DNA of 20,768 bases, taken from contig JBFMCE010000069.1 in NCBI GenBank assembly GCA_040754655.1, positions 1-20,768 on the forward strand, in the 5' to 3' direction. Shown piece by piece: positions 11,018 through 19,934 of the stretch. Every line of letters starts with the position of its first letter. The first letter of the stretch is position 1. The DNA comes from Bdellovibrionota bacterium. Lineage in GTDB: Bacteria > Bdellovibrionota > UBA1018 > UBA923. A program made the translations under genes and the position numbers. The notes below the pieces were generated by a model, which worked only from the letters and a program-made list of their open reading frames with translations, was not told where the DNA came from and did no database searches.

Positions 11018-11638
11018 TTAAGGAGCTCCGGGTCCAAAACACTGTTCGGGCGGATTTTTGAGAGCAGAATCAGCTCCCAAAAAACAGTTTACATGATCTT
11101 CGGAGCGTCTAAATCCATACGAGTCGCCGCCGTCATGCCTTGGATAAAGCTCAAAGTAACCTGCTAACTGATTTCCTGATATTTCATAAATCAAACCTTT
11201 GATGGGAGATTGGGTCCCGTTTTGTAACCCGCCAACGAAATAAAAGTCAGCGATAGAAAAACGAAGCTCCTTTCCTTGAAGAAACTCGGCGATATCAGTT
11301 GAGATCAAGTCGCCCGAAAATCTTTTAATACCATTTAATTGATACTCTTTTTCTATACCGGGAGCAGTGTAGGTAGGTTCCCCTACTTCTGCATAAAGCT
11401 TTTGACCTTCTTTCCTGTTTGCCACGAGAAGGCTTAAGATTTGAGTAGAGTAATTTCGTCTACGAGATTCAATACTGAATTTGATATTGAATATTCCGAC
11501 CCAATGATAATTCGTGATGATTTCTGAACGAGGCAGCGCTGGTTCCTCCGCTTGCGCAATCGAAGAAAAGCCGAGGTTAAAAACTGCGCTGATAACCATC
11601 AGGCCCGTAGTTGCTGTAGCCAAAAAGAGTGCTTTCAT
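11018..11638 (-). CDS. Secreted hypothetical protein
   Basis: GAGGTG SD, signal-like N-terminus ending ...SSIAQA-EE, two C-terminal Cys. No family recognised. Confidence 0.7.
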   Translation of the reverse strand: MKALFLATATTGLMVISAVFNLGFSSIAQAEEPALPRSEIITNYHWVGIFNIKFSIESRRRNYSTQILSLLVANRKEGQKLYAEVGEPTYTAPGIEKEYQLNGIKRFSGDLISTDIAEFLQGKELRFSIADFYFVGGLQNGTQSPIKGLIYEISGNQLAGYFELYPRHDGGDSYGFRRSEDHVNCFLGADSALKNPPEQCFGPGAP

Positions 11639-11748
11639 TGGATCACCTCAAAAATTTGTGGCCTATTTTAGAGGAAAAAAGGAAACGATGCAATCTTAAA
11701 GTTGACTTATTTTGTACGATATTTTAATCAAATAAATTCAATAGTTAC

Positions 11749-12417
11749 TCAAATTATGAACCCCAAATTCAATTCGACCACAGGTTCTGGTGCGACCTGA
11801 GGAGCGCGGTAATCGCGCACGGAACCGTCGATGAGTGAAACTTCTCTATATCGTTTTTCAAAGGCCTTGATGCCAATCCCCGCTTCAAGGTTCAAGCGAT
11901 CAAATAAGAAAAATTGATAGGCCGCCATGAGTTCGACCACCAATCCGTTTGCAACTTCCTCGCGCATCGTCGTCGTGTTTGAGGCGCGGTTGAATTGAAA
12001 TCCGTCATCGAGCGTGCGCCCAACGCGCTCTTCTGAGCGCCAGAATCCATAGAACACGCCTGGCCTCAGTAAAAAACCGTCTTTGAATCGCTCACCGGCA
12101 ACATACAGGTCGGCGCGGATCCCAAGCTCGTAACCCCGTTCAGATTCAAAAAACACCGATGGCGCACGGTCGATCACTGTGAATTTGGGGCCGATAGCGA
12201 CGTTTTTCGTCGTAGCGACCAAAGCCGAGAAGTTATACCGCCGCATCGCAAATCCCAGCGGGGAAATCTGCAGGTTCAAGATGCGCTGAGATTCGGTCTC
12301 GCTTTTTTCTGGCAAGGCGAGCGAGGTTGCTTGAGCTGGTTTTGCGGCTTGCACGGGTAGGGAAAACATCGAGGTGGTGACCGCCCAGATCAAAAGAATC
12401 CGAGCGCGATTAACCAA
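11749..12417 (-). CDS. Putative small outer-membrane beta-barrel protein (DUF3575-like)
   Basis: Signal peptide (M)VNRARILLIWAVTTSMFSLPVQA from TTG 12417, amphipathic strands (YELGIRADLY, LMAAYQFF, NLEAGIGIK) and C-terminal VELNLGFII. The start is uncertain; the ORF extends to 12453. Confidence 0.65.
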   Translation of the reverse strand: MVNRARILLIWAVTTSMFSLPVQAAKPAQATSLALPEKSETESQRILNLQISPLGFAMRRYNFSALVATTKNVAIGPKFTVIDRAPSVFFESERGYELGIRADLYVAGERFKDGFLLRPGVFYGFWRSEERVGRTLDDGFQFNRASNTTTMREEVANGLVVELMAAYQFFLFDRLNLEAGIGIKAFEKRYREVSLIDGSVRDYRAPQVAPEPVVELNLGFII

Positions 12418-13510
12418 TAGACAGTTCTTCAAGCTTCTTGGCGAGTTGTGCATGCTCTTTGGCTCCTACGATGGCTTGAATCTCGGGAATGTACACCGGA
12501 TGGTAAGGCAGTAAATGGTCTTTCTTGAACTGCGCAAGCCTTGCCGCAGAATCTTTCAAATTCCTCAATGCCTCAGCTCCGGCAGGGCTTGTAAGTTTTG
12601 AGAGTAGCGGTTCAAAGACACGCATTTGAACGGGCATCGTGTGGTAGAGCAAGATGTTCACGCCGGCTTCAAGCGCCATCAACGGGGCATCGACTTCACC
12701 GAAATGGTCTGCAACCGCTTTCATTTCCATGTCGTCAGAGACGATCAGTCCTCGGTAACGCAACTGATCGCGCAAGATCCCTTGAATGATCTTTTTACTT
12801 AGCGTCGCGGGAAGTTTAGGTTCAATAGCTTCGACGATAATGTGAGCCGTCATCACGAATTCACAGTGTGATTTGAACGCCTTTACAAAGGGCTTTGTTT
12901 CCCGTTCGAGCAGGGTCTGAAGAGATGTTTTTACTTTGGGCAAATGAAAGTGCGAATCTTGGGAAGTGTCGCCATGCCCAGGAAAGTGCTTCACAACCGG
13001 ATGCACTTTGCTGGTGAGAAACCCCCGCACATACGCCGATACGATCTTGGTCACTCTCTCTTCGGTCTCACCAAAGGCGCGCCGTCCGATGACCGGGTTT
13101 GAAGGATTTGTATTGATGTCGGCGACTGGAGCGTAGACGACGTTGACGCCGACCGTGCGCAGTTCCTTTGCCATGATTTCAGCGCAATCGAAGGCAAGCT
13201 TAGGTGAATCTTGATCACCAATGACCCTGGCTTCCGGAAATCGCGTAAAAGGCTTCTTGAAGCGTTGAACCCGTCCGCCCTCATGGTCGACGGCGATGAT
13301 CAAAGGAAGATCTTCCTTCAACCCCTGTATCGCGTTCACGAGCTCAGCGACTTGAGCGGGGCTTTCGTAGTTGTTCGCAAAGAGGGTGATTCCCCCGATC
13401 GAATTTTCACGGATGAACTTCGCGACCTCGGGTGAGAGGTCAAGCCCCTCGAATCCGATGAAAAAACACTGCCCCAAGAGTTTGCGAACTTCAGAGATGT
13501 TATTCGTCAT
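12410..13510 (-). CDS. nagZ: Beta-N-acetylhexosaminidase (GH3), cytoplasmic
   Basis: AVDHEGGRVQR, APVAD, KHFPGHGDTSQDSH NagZ signature, VMTAH and SDDMEM nucleophile region. No signal peptide. Confidence 0.92.
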   Translation of the reverse strand: MTNNISEVRKLLGQCFFIGFEGLDLSPEVAKFIRENSIGGITLFANNYESPAQVAELVNAIQGLKEDLPLIIAVDHEGGRVQRFKKPFTRFPEARVIGDQDSPKLAFDCAEIMAKELRTVGVNVVYAPVADINTNPSNPVIGRRAFGETEERVTKIVSAYVRGFLTSKVHPVVKHFPGHGDTSQDSHFHLPKVKTSLQTLLERETKPFVKAFKSHCEFVMTAHIIVEAIEPKLPATLSKKIIQGILRDQLRYRGLIVSDDMEMKAVADHFGEVDAPLMALEAGVNILLYHTMPVQMRVFEPLLSKLTSPAGAEALRNLKDSAARLAQFKKDHLLPYHPVYIPEIQAIVGAKEHAQLAKKLEELSIG

Positions 13511-13520
13511 TTGATATTCT

Positions 13521-14351
13521 TCATTTTCTTAGCTTCTTAGTATACCCACGGGTTGAGTTCGGATCCAGCTCTTTGCGCAATCCTTCGGCGGTTAATGTGA
13601 AAGCCAAGACGATGATTACGAAAAACACCCCTGGAATAAGACTGATGTGCGGAGCTTCGATGAGATGGTCGCGGCCCTCTGAGATGAGGGTTCCCCAACT
13701 CTCATTGCCGGCGTTTCCCCCGAGCCCCAGGAAAGAAAGACTCGCTTCAGCAAGAATGGCCTGGCCCATGGCAAGAGAGGCTTGGATCAGCAATTGTCCG
13801 GCAAGAAGCGGCCAAAGATGACGGCTCAAAATACGAACGAGACTCGCTCCTTGAGCGCGAGCCGCTTCAATATGCGGTTCATGCGAAAGTTTGCCAAGCA
13901 ATGCCTGGCAGAAACGCGCTCTGCCGGTCCAGCCTGTCGCGGCAATGCTGAAAACAAGAGTGGCATTGTTGTGCGGCATGATCGAGGCGATCAAGATCGC
14001 GAGCAAAAGCCCCGGAAAACCCAGGAAACAATCGATGAGATTCCGTGAGACCACTTGAATGGCTTTTGGGCCTAGCGCAGCCGCCGTGCCTATCACTAGA
14101 CCCAAAAAAAGAGTGATCGCGGTGACAAGGGCGCTCACCCAGAGCGAATGCCACGCTCCCGTGAGAATGCGATGCCCCAAAGAGACACCATACGCGTCGT
14201 AGCCCAATCCGTTCTTTAGCGAAGGCGGATGAAAAGCTCTCGCAAGATCATGGGGTAAAGAAGAATCTGCAAGAGCCCCTGCTAACCCTGTCAGCCCAAG
14301 CAAACCTAACCCCAGAAGGCCAATTCGAAGTTCAAAGTTGGACTTGTTCAT
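13521..14351 (-). CDS. dppC: Peptide/nickel ABC transporter permease (DppC/OppC type)
   Basis: LGYDAYG, EAA loop HIEAARAQGAS...RHLWP, ILAEASLSFLGLG, WGTLI and EGLRKELDP. Confidence 0.9.
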   Translation of the reverse strand: MNKSNFELRIGLLGLGLLGLTGLAGALADSSLPHDLARAFHPPSLKNGLGYDAYGVSLGHRILTGAWHSLWVSALVTAITLFLGLVIGTAAALGPKAIQVVSRNLIDCFLGFPGLLLAILIASIMPHNNATLVFSIAATGWTGRARFCQALLGKLSHEPHIEAARAQGASLVRILSRHLWPLLAGQLLIQASLAMGQAILAEASLSFLGLGGNAGNESWGTLISEGRDHLIEAPHISLIPGVFFVIIVLAFTLTAEGLRKELDPNSTRGYTKKLRK

Positions 14352-15261
14352 AGTTGTGACCCAAAAACCGGTTTAAAAAATCGGTGACGGAGTTGATCGC
14401 GACATAGATCATTGCGGTGATGAGCACCGTTCCTTGAACTACAGGATAGTCGCGTTGCAAAACGGCGTCGTGCAAGAGTTTTCCCATTCCCGGCCAATTG
14501 AAAAGCGTTTCGATGACCACGGTGCCCGCTAGAAGATGCCCGAATTGCAGCATTGTAACCGTAAAGACCGGTACGATTGCATTGGGAAGCGCATGCCGGA
14601 AGAGAACGCGCGATGGCTTGAGGCCCTTTGCGTAAGCGGTGCGAATGTAGTCGGAGCTCAAGCATTCATTCACAGCCACGCGCGTCGTTTGGAAGAGATA
14701 GCCCGCAAGCGAAAGGCCTAAAGTGAGTGTGGGAAGGACTAAACCACTCCAGTGGTCAAAAGACGACACGGGTAACCAAGGCCATCTGAAAGAAAATAGA
14801 AGCACCAATAGAGGCGCCAACCAGAACGAGGGGATCGCGACGAAAACGATCGAGACCCAAGAAAATAGCTGGAATGATTTTTTGCGCGAGTGGGCAGCCA
14901 GAACTCCCAGCGGAATGCCCATACACGAACCCAGCAAGACCACGGAAACCGCCAGCAAGAGCGAGTACGGAAGGGCTTCTAAGATCAAGCGGGCCACTGG
15001 ATTTTGAGAGGCGATCGAAGTTCCCAAATCCCCATGAACGAGATTTTTCAAGAATCCATGGAAGCGAACAGACATGGGTCGATCTAACCCCAATTTTGCT
15101 CGCAACAACTCGTATTGACGGGGTTCAGACGTTTCTCCCAGCATCAATTCCACGGGGTCGCCGGGGACGAGGTGAAGAACGAAAAACACAAGGCACGCGA
15201 TGCCCGTGGCGAGCGCGATGCAACGAGCAAGGCTTTTAAAGAGTGCGCCAAGAAAATGCAT
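14332..15261 (-). CDS. dppB: Peptide/nickel ABC transporter permease (DppB/OppB type)
   Basis: LVPGDPV, LGLDRP, GDLGTS, PSFW, DYIRTAYAKGL...RHALPNA, ETLFNWPGMG and RDYPVVQG. Start is ATG 15261 or GTG 15270. Confidence 0.9.
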   Translation of the reverse strand: MHFLGALFKSLARCIALATGIACLVFFVLHLVPGDPVELMLGETSEPRQYELLRAKLGLDRPMSVRFHGFLKNLVHGDLGTSIASQNPVARLILEALPYSLLLAVSVVLLGSCMGIPLGVLAAHSRKKSFQLFSWVSIVFVAIPSFWLAPLLVLLFSFRWPWLPVSSFDHWSGLVLPTLTLGLSLAGYLFQTTRVAVNECLSSDYIRTAYAKGLKPSRVLFRHALPNAIVPVFTVTMLQFGHLLAGTVVIETLFNWPGMGKLLHDAVLQRDYPVVQGTVLITAMIYVAINSVTDFLNRFLGHNYEQVQL

Positions 15262-15272
15262 TGAAACCACGT

Positions 15273-16088
15273 CTACTGCTGATCCGTGTCTTTAGGCAAC
15301 CTGCCGCTTAAGAACTTTTTGGCCTTTGCTTCGCTCTCGACGCGTTGGACTCTGTGGTTTCCGGTGGTCAGGCGTACAAGCGCCCCTTGGGCGGTCATGC
15401 ACCAGTTGGCGCTGAAATCTTGAGTCTCGAAATGAATTTCAAGGCATTGGTTTTCAGAGTCGTTGCCGATGACTTTGTAATTCATCGTGCGCACCAGAAA
15501 GCGCCCTTGATGAGGGTCTTCCCCCAGGGTTCGAATTTGGCCGCGCGCGTTTGGCTTGAGCTTGCTCCAGTTGTGTTTCATCCATACGGGCACGAAGACA
15601 TCAAGGATCGTTTGTTTGCTCAAAAAAAGCGGCATTTCTGCTGATCTTGCGCCCGAGATCTTCATTCGCATCGTGCCGCCCGAGGCTGATTTCGTGTAGG
15701 TGCCGTCGATGACTTCTGTGGCGCCTACACCGGCCTTCACGAGATTGAAGGCGACTGGCGTGAGGTCTTCTTCAGCGATCGCTCCGATGGTCTCTTGGTA
15801 GGCATTCTTGCCTTCAACCTTAGTCATGGCGTAGCGGTAATAATAACGATTCCCTTTTTTTTCGATGACCTCATGGAGGTAGCCCCACGGCGTGCTTCCG
15901 GCTTGCATGGTGTACCAGGAGTTGTTGAGAACTTCGTCTTTTTGCGCAGAAGCGGGAGACGGGGCAGGAGCGGTCTTGGCTTCGGGAGCTTTTTGCGTCA
16001 AAGACGATCTTGCCGTTGCTTGGTGGGTGCAGAACAAGTTTGCCGACGAGACGAAAAATACAATCAGGGCATGTGTTCGAATATTCAT
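15273..16088 (-). CDS. Secreted/periplasmic hypothetical protein, beta-rich
   Basis: ATG 16088 with GAGGAAAG upstream, signal-like N-terminus, Ala/Pro linker, then a beta-rich domain (WYTMQAG...WGYLHEVI). Co-oriented and 2-11 nt from dppB. Confidence 0.75.
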   Translation of the reverse strand: MNIRTHALIVFFVSSANLFCTHQATARSSLTQKAPEAKTAPAPSPASAQKDEVLNNSWYTMQAGSTPWGYLHEVIEKKGNRYYYRYAMTKVEGKNAYQETIGAIAEEDLTPVAFNLVKAGVGATEVIDGTYTKSASGGTMRMKISGARSAEMPLFLSKQTILDVFVPVWMKHNWSKLKPNARGQIRTLGEDPHQGRFLVRTMNYKVIGNDSENQCLEIHFETQDFSANWCMTAQGALVRLTTGNHRVQRVESEAKAKKFLSGRLPKDTDQQ

Positions 16089-16117
16089 GGTTGTGTAGCT
16101 TTCCTCGAGTTCAAATC

Positions 16118-16993
16118 TCACAACGCGCGTTTCAATTTTGTCTGTAAGACGTGCACCCAAACCGCACCATAAAGAGTAATGCACCATGAGATATAGATCC
16201 AGAGGAGAAAAAGCGGGATTACCGCGAACGAACCATAGAAGGCGGAATAACTCACCATGCGCGCCGCGTAGATGGCGTAGCCATACTTCGCGAACTCAAG
16301 CAGCGCTGCTGGAATCAGTGAGCCGATGAGGATGGGCTTCAATGGGACTTTCGCCATCGGCACCAGCGCGTAAACCAAAGTGAACAGCATCGTGCTTAGA
16401 CAGAATGCGAGCAATTGGCTGCTAAAAGGAAAATTCGCGATTTGAGCGGCGACAGCCGTGGTGAGCGCGATCGAAGCGGCGACCAACACGGGTCCAACCG
16501 TCATCAACGTGAGTGCGCGCAAAACGCGATGCTGAAAAGATTTGGGGCGGTCTACGCGCCAGATTCGGTTGAATGCTTGGACGATGGTCATGTACGTCAG
16601 GATCCACGTGAGCAGCAAGCCCGCGATGCCGATCCAGCCGACGGCTTTTGCATGAACCTGTCGGATGAACTGGTCAAGGTGATAGGCTACGATCTCCCCG
16701 GTTCCTTCCGATAAGACATCGAGAAGATAAGGCAAGATCTTGGCATAGGCGTAATCAAGGCCTCCAAAGAGTTTGAAGACATAGAAGGCCACTGCCAAGA
16801 GCGGAGCGATAGAGAGTACGGTGGTGAAAGCTAAGCTTCCGGCGATGGTCGCCACATCCGTCTTTTTTGTTTCGCGCAGCGTCTCTATGAAGAGTTTGAG
16901 GCAAATTCTGCCGAGATCAGGCGCTTTCTTCCCCAGACGTTGCAATTTTTTCCAGCCCCACGCTTGAGACGTATTGTTCATAATCCGAAACAT
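16118..16993 (-). CDS. yihY: YihY/virulence factor BrkB family inner-membrane protein
   Basis: AGSLAFTTVLSIAPLL, AFNRIW, Y..VP and YGSFAVIPLFLLWIYISWCITLYGA, with about 6 TM segments. The start may be 16981. Confidence 0.9.
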   Translation of the reverse strand: MFRIMNNTSQAWGWKKLQRLGKKAPDLGRICLKLFIETLRETKKTDVATIAGSLAFTTVLSIAPLLAVAFYVFKLFGGLDYAYAKILPYLLDVLSEGTGEIVAYHLDQFIRQVHAKAVGWIGIAGLLLTWILTYMTIVQAFNRIWRVDRPKSFQHRVLRALTLMTVGPVLVAASIALTTAVAAQIANFPFSSQLLAFCLSTMLFTLVYALVPMAKVPLKPILIGSLIPAALLEFAKYGYAIYAARMVSYSAFYGSFAVIPLFLLWIYISWCITLYGAVWVHVLQTKLKRAL

Positions 16994-17017
16994 AACATAC
17001 GAAGAGGAGGGTAAAGA

Positions 17018-17923
17018 GTGGATTCGCTTACCCTATTAGTCGCTTACGGGTTTATTTTTGCCTCAGTCTATATGATGGCGCGCACTTTCTTTTACCAAGA
17101 GGAAGCGCGCTCGGCGAAACAACTCTTAGGCGAAGACGACAAAAATCGAAAGGTGAGCAATAACCCGGTCATCAAGTGGTCGCGACCGTTTTTTTCGCGG
17201 TACGTCGTGCCTGTCGTGAGTGGGTTGAAGATCGACGCTTATCGAGCCGTGCTCAAGCGCAAACTCATCGCCGCGGGCATGGCCGACGAGTTTTCTCCCG
17301 ACGAATTGTTTTCTTTCAAACTTTTCTTGATCGCCGGCGCACCGCTGTTCCTAGCTCTTAGCAACTGGCTGGGTGAGCTTGGTTTAGAATGGTACGTCTA
17401 TCTCGGCATGAGCGTGTTCGGATTCTTTTATCCTGACTTGCTCTTGAGTTCCGCCACACGTGAACGGCAAAAGAAGGTGCGCCGGGCGATGCCTTTTATC
17501 GTGGATCTATTGGCTCTCTCGACCGAGGCGGGCCTCGATTTCATGGGCGCCATTGGCAAGGTCGTCGAGAAGTCGAAGCCAAGCCCCCTGGTAGAAGAGT
17601 TTGAGCAGGTCTTGAAGGAAATTAAAGTGGGTTCGTCGCGAGCCGATGCGATGCGCGAAATGGCGAAGAGATTGAGCATGTCCGAGGTCTCGTCGTTCGT
17701 CGCAATCTTGATTTCGGCAGACCAGATGGGGGCCTCAATTGGAAAGGTCTTGAGGCAGCAATCGGAACAGATCCGAAGCCAAAGATTTCTTCTGGCAGAG
17801 AAGGAAGGCGCCAAAGCGTCGCAGAAAATCATCTTGCCGATGGTGCTGCTGATCTTGCCGGCGATCATGCTGACGATCTTCGGTCCGTTCATCTTGACGT
17901 TCTTGCAGGGAGGAGAGCTTTGA
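17018..17923 (+). CDS. tadC: Tad pilus inner-membrane platform protein TadC (T2SS F family)
   Basis: KLIAAG, GFFYPD...RQKKVRRAMPFIVDLLALSTEAGLDF, G.SRADAM, QMGASIGKVLR and AEKEGAKASQKIILPMVLLILPA. SD AGGAGG at 17005-17010, GTG start. Confidence 0.92.
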   Translation: MDSLTLLVAYGFIFASVYMMARTFFYQEEARSAKQLLGEDDKNRKVSNNPVIKWSRPFFSRYVVPVVSGLKIDAYRAVLKRKLIAAGMADEFSPDELFSFKLFLIAGAPLFLALSNWLGELGLEWYVYLGMSVFGFFYPDLLLSSATRERQKKVRRAMPFIVDLLALSTEAGLDFMGAIGKVVEKSKPSPLVEEFEQVLKEIKVGSSRADAMREMAKRLSMSEVSSFVAILISADQMGASIGKVLRQQSEQIRSQRFLLAEKEGAKASQKIILPMVLLILPAIMLTIFGPFILTFLQGGEL

Positions 17924-18264
17924 AAGTGGTGCAGGTGCAACGCTACAAAGACAAGATGGTCGTGGCGCGCAAGTGCGCCGTGGCTGATTCGGCATGGCAG
18001 CGTCTCGTCGGCTTGATGGGAAAACGCGAGCTTGAAGAGGGAAGCGCGCTTCTCTTGTCGCCGTGCAATTCCGTTCACACGTTCTTCATGAAATTCTCAA
18101 TCGACGTTGTTTATCTTGACGCCGAATTCAAGGTCATCGCCATCAGGCGGGCTATGAAGCCTTGGCGCATTGATTTCCCTGTTTTCGGCGCGCGCGCCGT
18201 GCTTGAGCTCCCCTCGCAGGGGGCGGACGGGCTGAGCGAAGGAGACCTGTTGTGTATAAACTAA
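17920..18264 (+). CDS. DUF192 family protein
   Basis: VADSAWQRLVGLMG, PCNSVHTFFMKFSIDVVYLD, MKPWR and VLELP. TTGA overlap with tadC and an SD upstream. Confidence 0.9.
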   Translation: MKVVQVQRYKDKMVVARKCAVADSAWQRLVGLMGKRELEEGSALLLSPCNSVHTFFMKFSIDVVYLDAEFKVIAIRRAMKPWRIDFPVFGARAVLELPSQGADGLSEGDLLCIN

Positions 18265-19934
18265 CCGTCGTCGCCGGGCCAGCGCGAGGAACATCATATC
18301 GAATCCGGAACGGAGAGACCAGCATTGGGCGTGTTTCCGGCAACGATATCGTATTGGCTTCAAACCAGGTTTCAAAACGCCACTGCGTTCTTATCGTGAA
18401 CGATGCGGAAGTGATCCTCAAAGACAATGGCAGCTCAAACGGCACTTTCGTGAATGGAGAGTTGACGCGAAAGAGGAGGCTGCTTCCCGGGGACCGGGTA
18501 AGCGTGGGAGATTACGTCTTTGAATTGAGCGAGCAAGCGCATGCCCCCTCAAGACAGAGCTCGCGATCGCGAGGGTCTCAAAACATGGACAACGTCATTC
18601 CACTCTACTCTGATGGAGGCTCGCAACTTCCTGCTTCGGGAGTCGGTGGATTTCTGCCTCAAGATGCCGCACACGGTAATGCCGCGGTCGCGTTGCCGCT
18701 TGAGCTGGGAGCAGCGCCTCAGAATGCAGCCGCTCCCAAGACGCTGAAAGACAAAGCCAAGTTATACTTCGAGCAGTACATCGTGAATTTCGTCTACAAT
18801 CTCAATGAGAGGCACGAGTGGCGAAACATGATGGCGGGAATGTTCGCGTTGCTGACATTCGCGTGCGCAGTCTTGTCGGTGACGCCAGTGCTTGAGCGCG
18901 TGCATGAGAAGCTTTCGGACGAAGCCATTGGCAGGGCATTCATGTTGGCCCGTCAAATGGTCGATCGCAATGCGTCTTTCATTTACGAGCGGCTTGAGAC
19001 TAAAGTCGACGTGAGTTTCGTTGAAAAAGAACCCGGCGTGCTCGCGGCTTACCTCGTCGACATGGAAGGGCGAATCATGGCGCCGGGGCGCAAGCTCAAC
19101 CAGTACCTCACCGAGCCCACTGAAGCGGCGTTCAGCGCGCAGGCGAGGAGTTCATTTCAAAACAAAGAAAGCTTAGAGAAAAAAGCCATTGTGTCTGGAA
19201 ATACCGTGGCTGTGGCCGTTCCGCTGAGGGTATTCAGCGCGGCTTCGGGCAAGAACGTGACTGTGGCGCTTGGCCTTGTGTTCTTCGATCAAGGCATGAT
19301 CCTATTTGATCCTGGCACCGAGGCGCTCACTTACATTCAAGCGCTCATTCTTTCCGCGATCGTCGCGATTCTTGTTTTCTTCACGCTCTATCGCCTGACG
19401 CTTAAGCCTTTGGCCTCTCTCAATGACGGCATCGATCAGGTTCTCAAGGGCACATCCTCCAGCGTCGGTAAACAGTTCAAAATGGAAGAGATCAACCCTC
19501 TCATCGACGTCGTGAATGCCGCGCTTCAACGCGTGGTATCGACGAATAAATCACAAGCATTTGGTGGCGGGATCGATCCAGAGGTCTTGGATGGCGTGGT
19601 CGCCCTATTAAAGTTCTCTTCAGACCGCATGACCGGCGTGGGCATGATGATCTTCTCAAATTCCAAGAAGATCCTGCATCTGAATCCCTACTTCGAAGAG
19701 ATTAGCGGAATACACAATAATTCGGCGTTAGGAGCGGATATCAGCGCGGCGGCCCGTGACGCCGCATTTGTATCATTTGTAGACGATATCCTGGTTCGCG
19801 CCCCTTCAGCAGGTATGGATGCGGTTTCTGAGGATTTTGAGTTTTCAGGTACAATGTACCGGATGGAGTGCCTGAGCCTAGGCAGGGCGGGCACGCCAGA
19901 ACTGTATATCTTGACGGCAACGAGGCAAGGATAA
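18252..19934 (+). CDS. Membrane-anchored FHA-domain protein (FHA - linker - TM - periplasmic domain - TM - HAMP-like - PAS-like)
   Basis: FHA motifs IGR, SKRH and SSNGTFVNG. Two hydrophobic segments (MMAGMFALLTFACAVLSV; IQALILSAIVAILVFFTLY), HAMP-like LKPLASL...EEINPLIDVVN and PAS-like GMMIFSNSKKILHLNPYFEEISG. GTG start with GAAGGAG. Confidence 0.85.
   Translation: MYKLTVVAGPARGTSYRIRNGETSIGRVSGNDIVLASNQVSKRHCVLIVNDAEVILKDNGSSNGTFVNGELTRKRRLLPGDRVSVGDYVFELSEQAHAPSRQSSRSRGSQNMDNVIPLYSDGGSQLPASGVGGFLPQDAAHGNAAVALPLELGAAPQNAAAPKTLKDKAKLYFEQYIVNFVYNLNERHEWRNMMAGMFALLTFACAVLSVTPVLERVHEKLSDEAIGRAFMLARQMVDRNASFIYERLETKVDVSFVEKEPGVLAAYLVDMEGRIMAPGRKLNQYLTEPTEAAFSAQARSSFQNKESLEKKAIVSGNTVAVAVPLRVFSAASGKNVTVALGLVFFDQGMILFDPGTEALTYIQALILSAIVAILVFFTLYRLTLKPLASLNDGIDQVLKGTSSSVGKQFKMEEINPLIDVVNAALQRVVSTNKSQAFGGGIDPEVLDGVVALLKFSSDRMTGVGMMIFSNSKKILHLNPYFEEISGIHNNSALGADISAAARDAAFVSFVDDILVRAPSAGMDAVSEDFEFSGTMYRMECLSLGRAGTPELYILTATRQG

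Noticed and set aside
16089..16187. Longer start for the 15273 ORF overlapping yihY
   Set aside because: It would overlap yihY by 70 nt. ATG 16088 has an SD and gives a signal-like N-terminus.
17428..18078. 216 aa minus-strand ORF
   Set aside because: Antisense shadow of tadC/DUF192 with no motifs.
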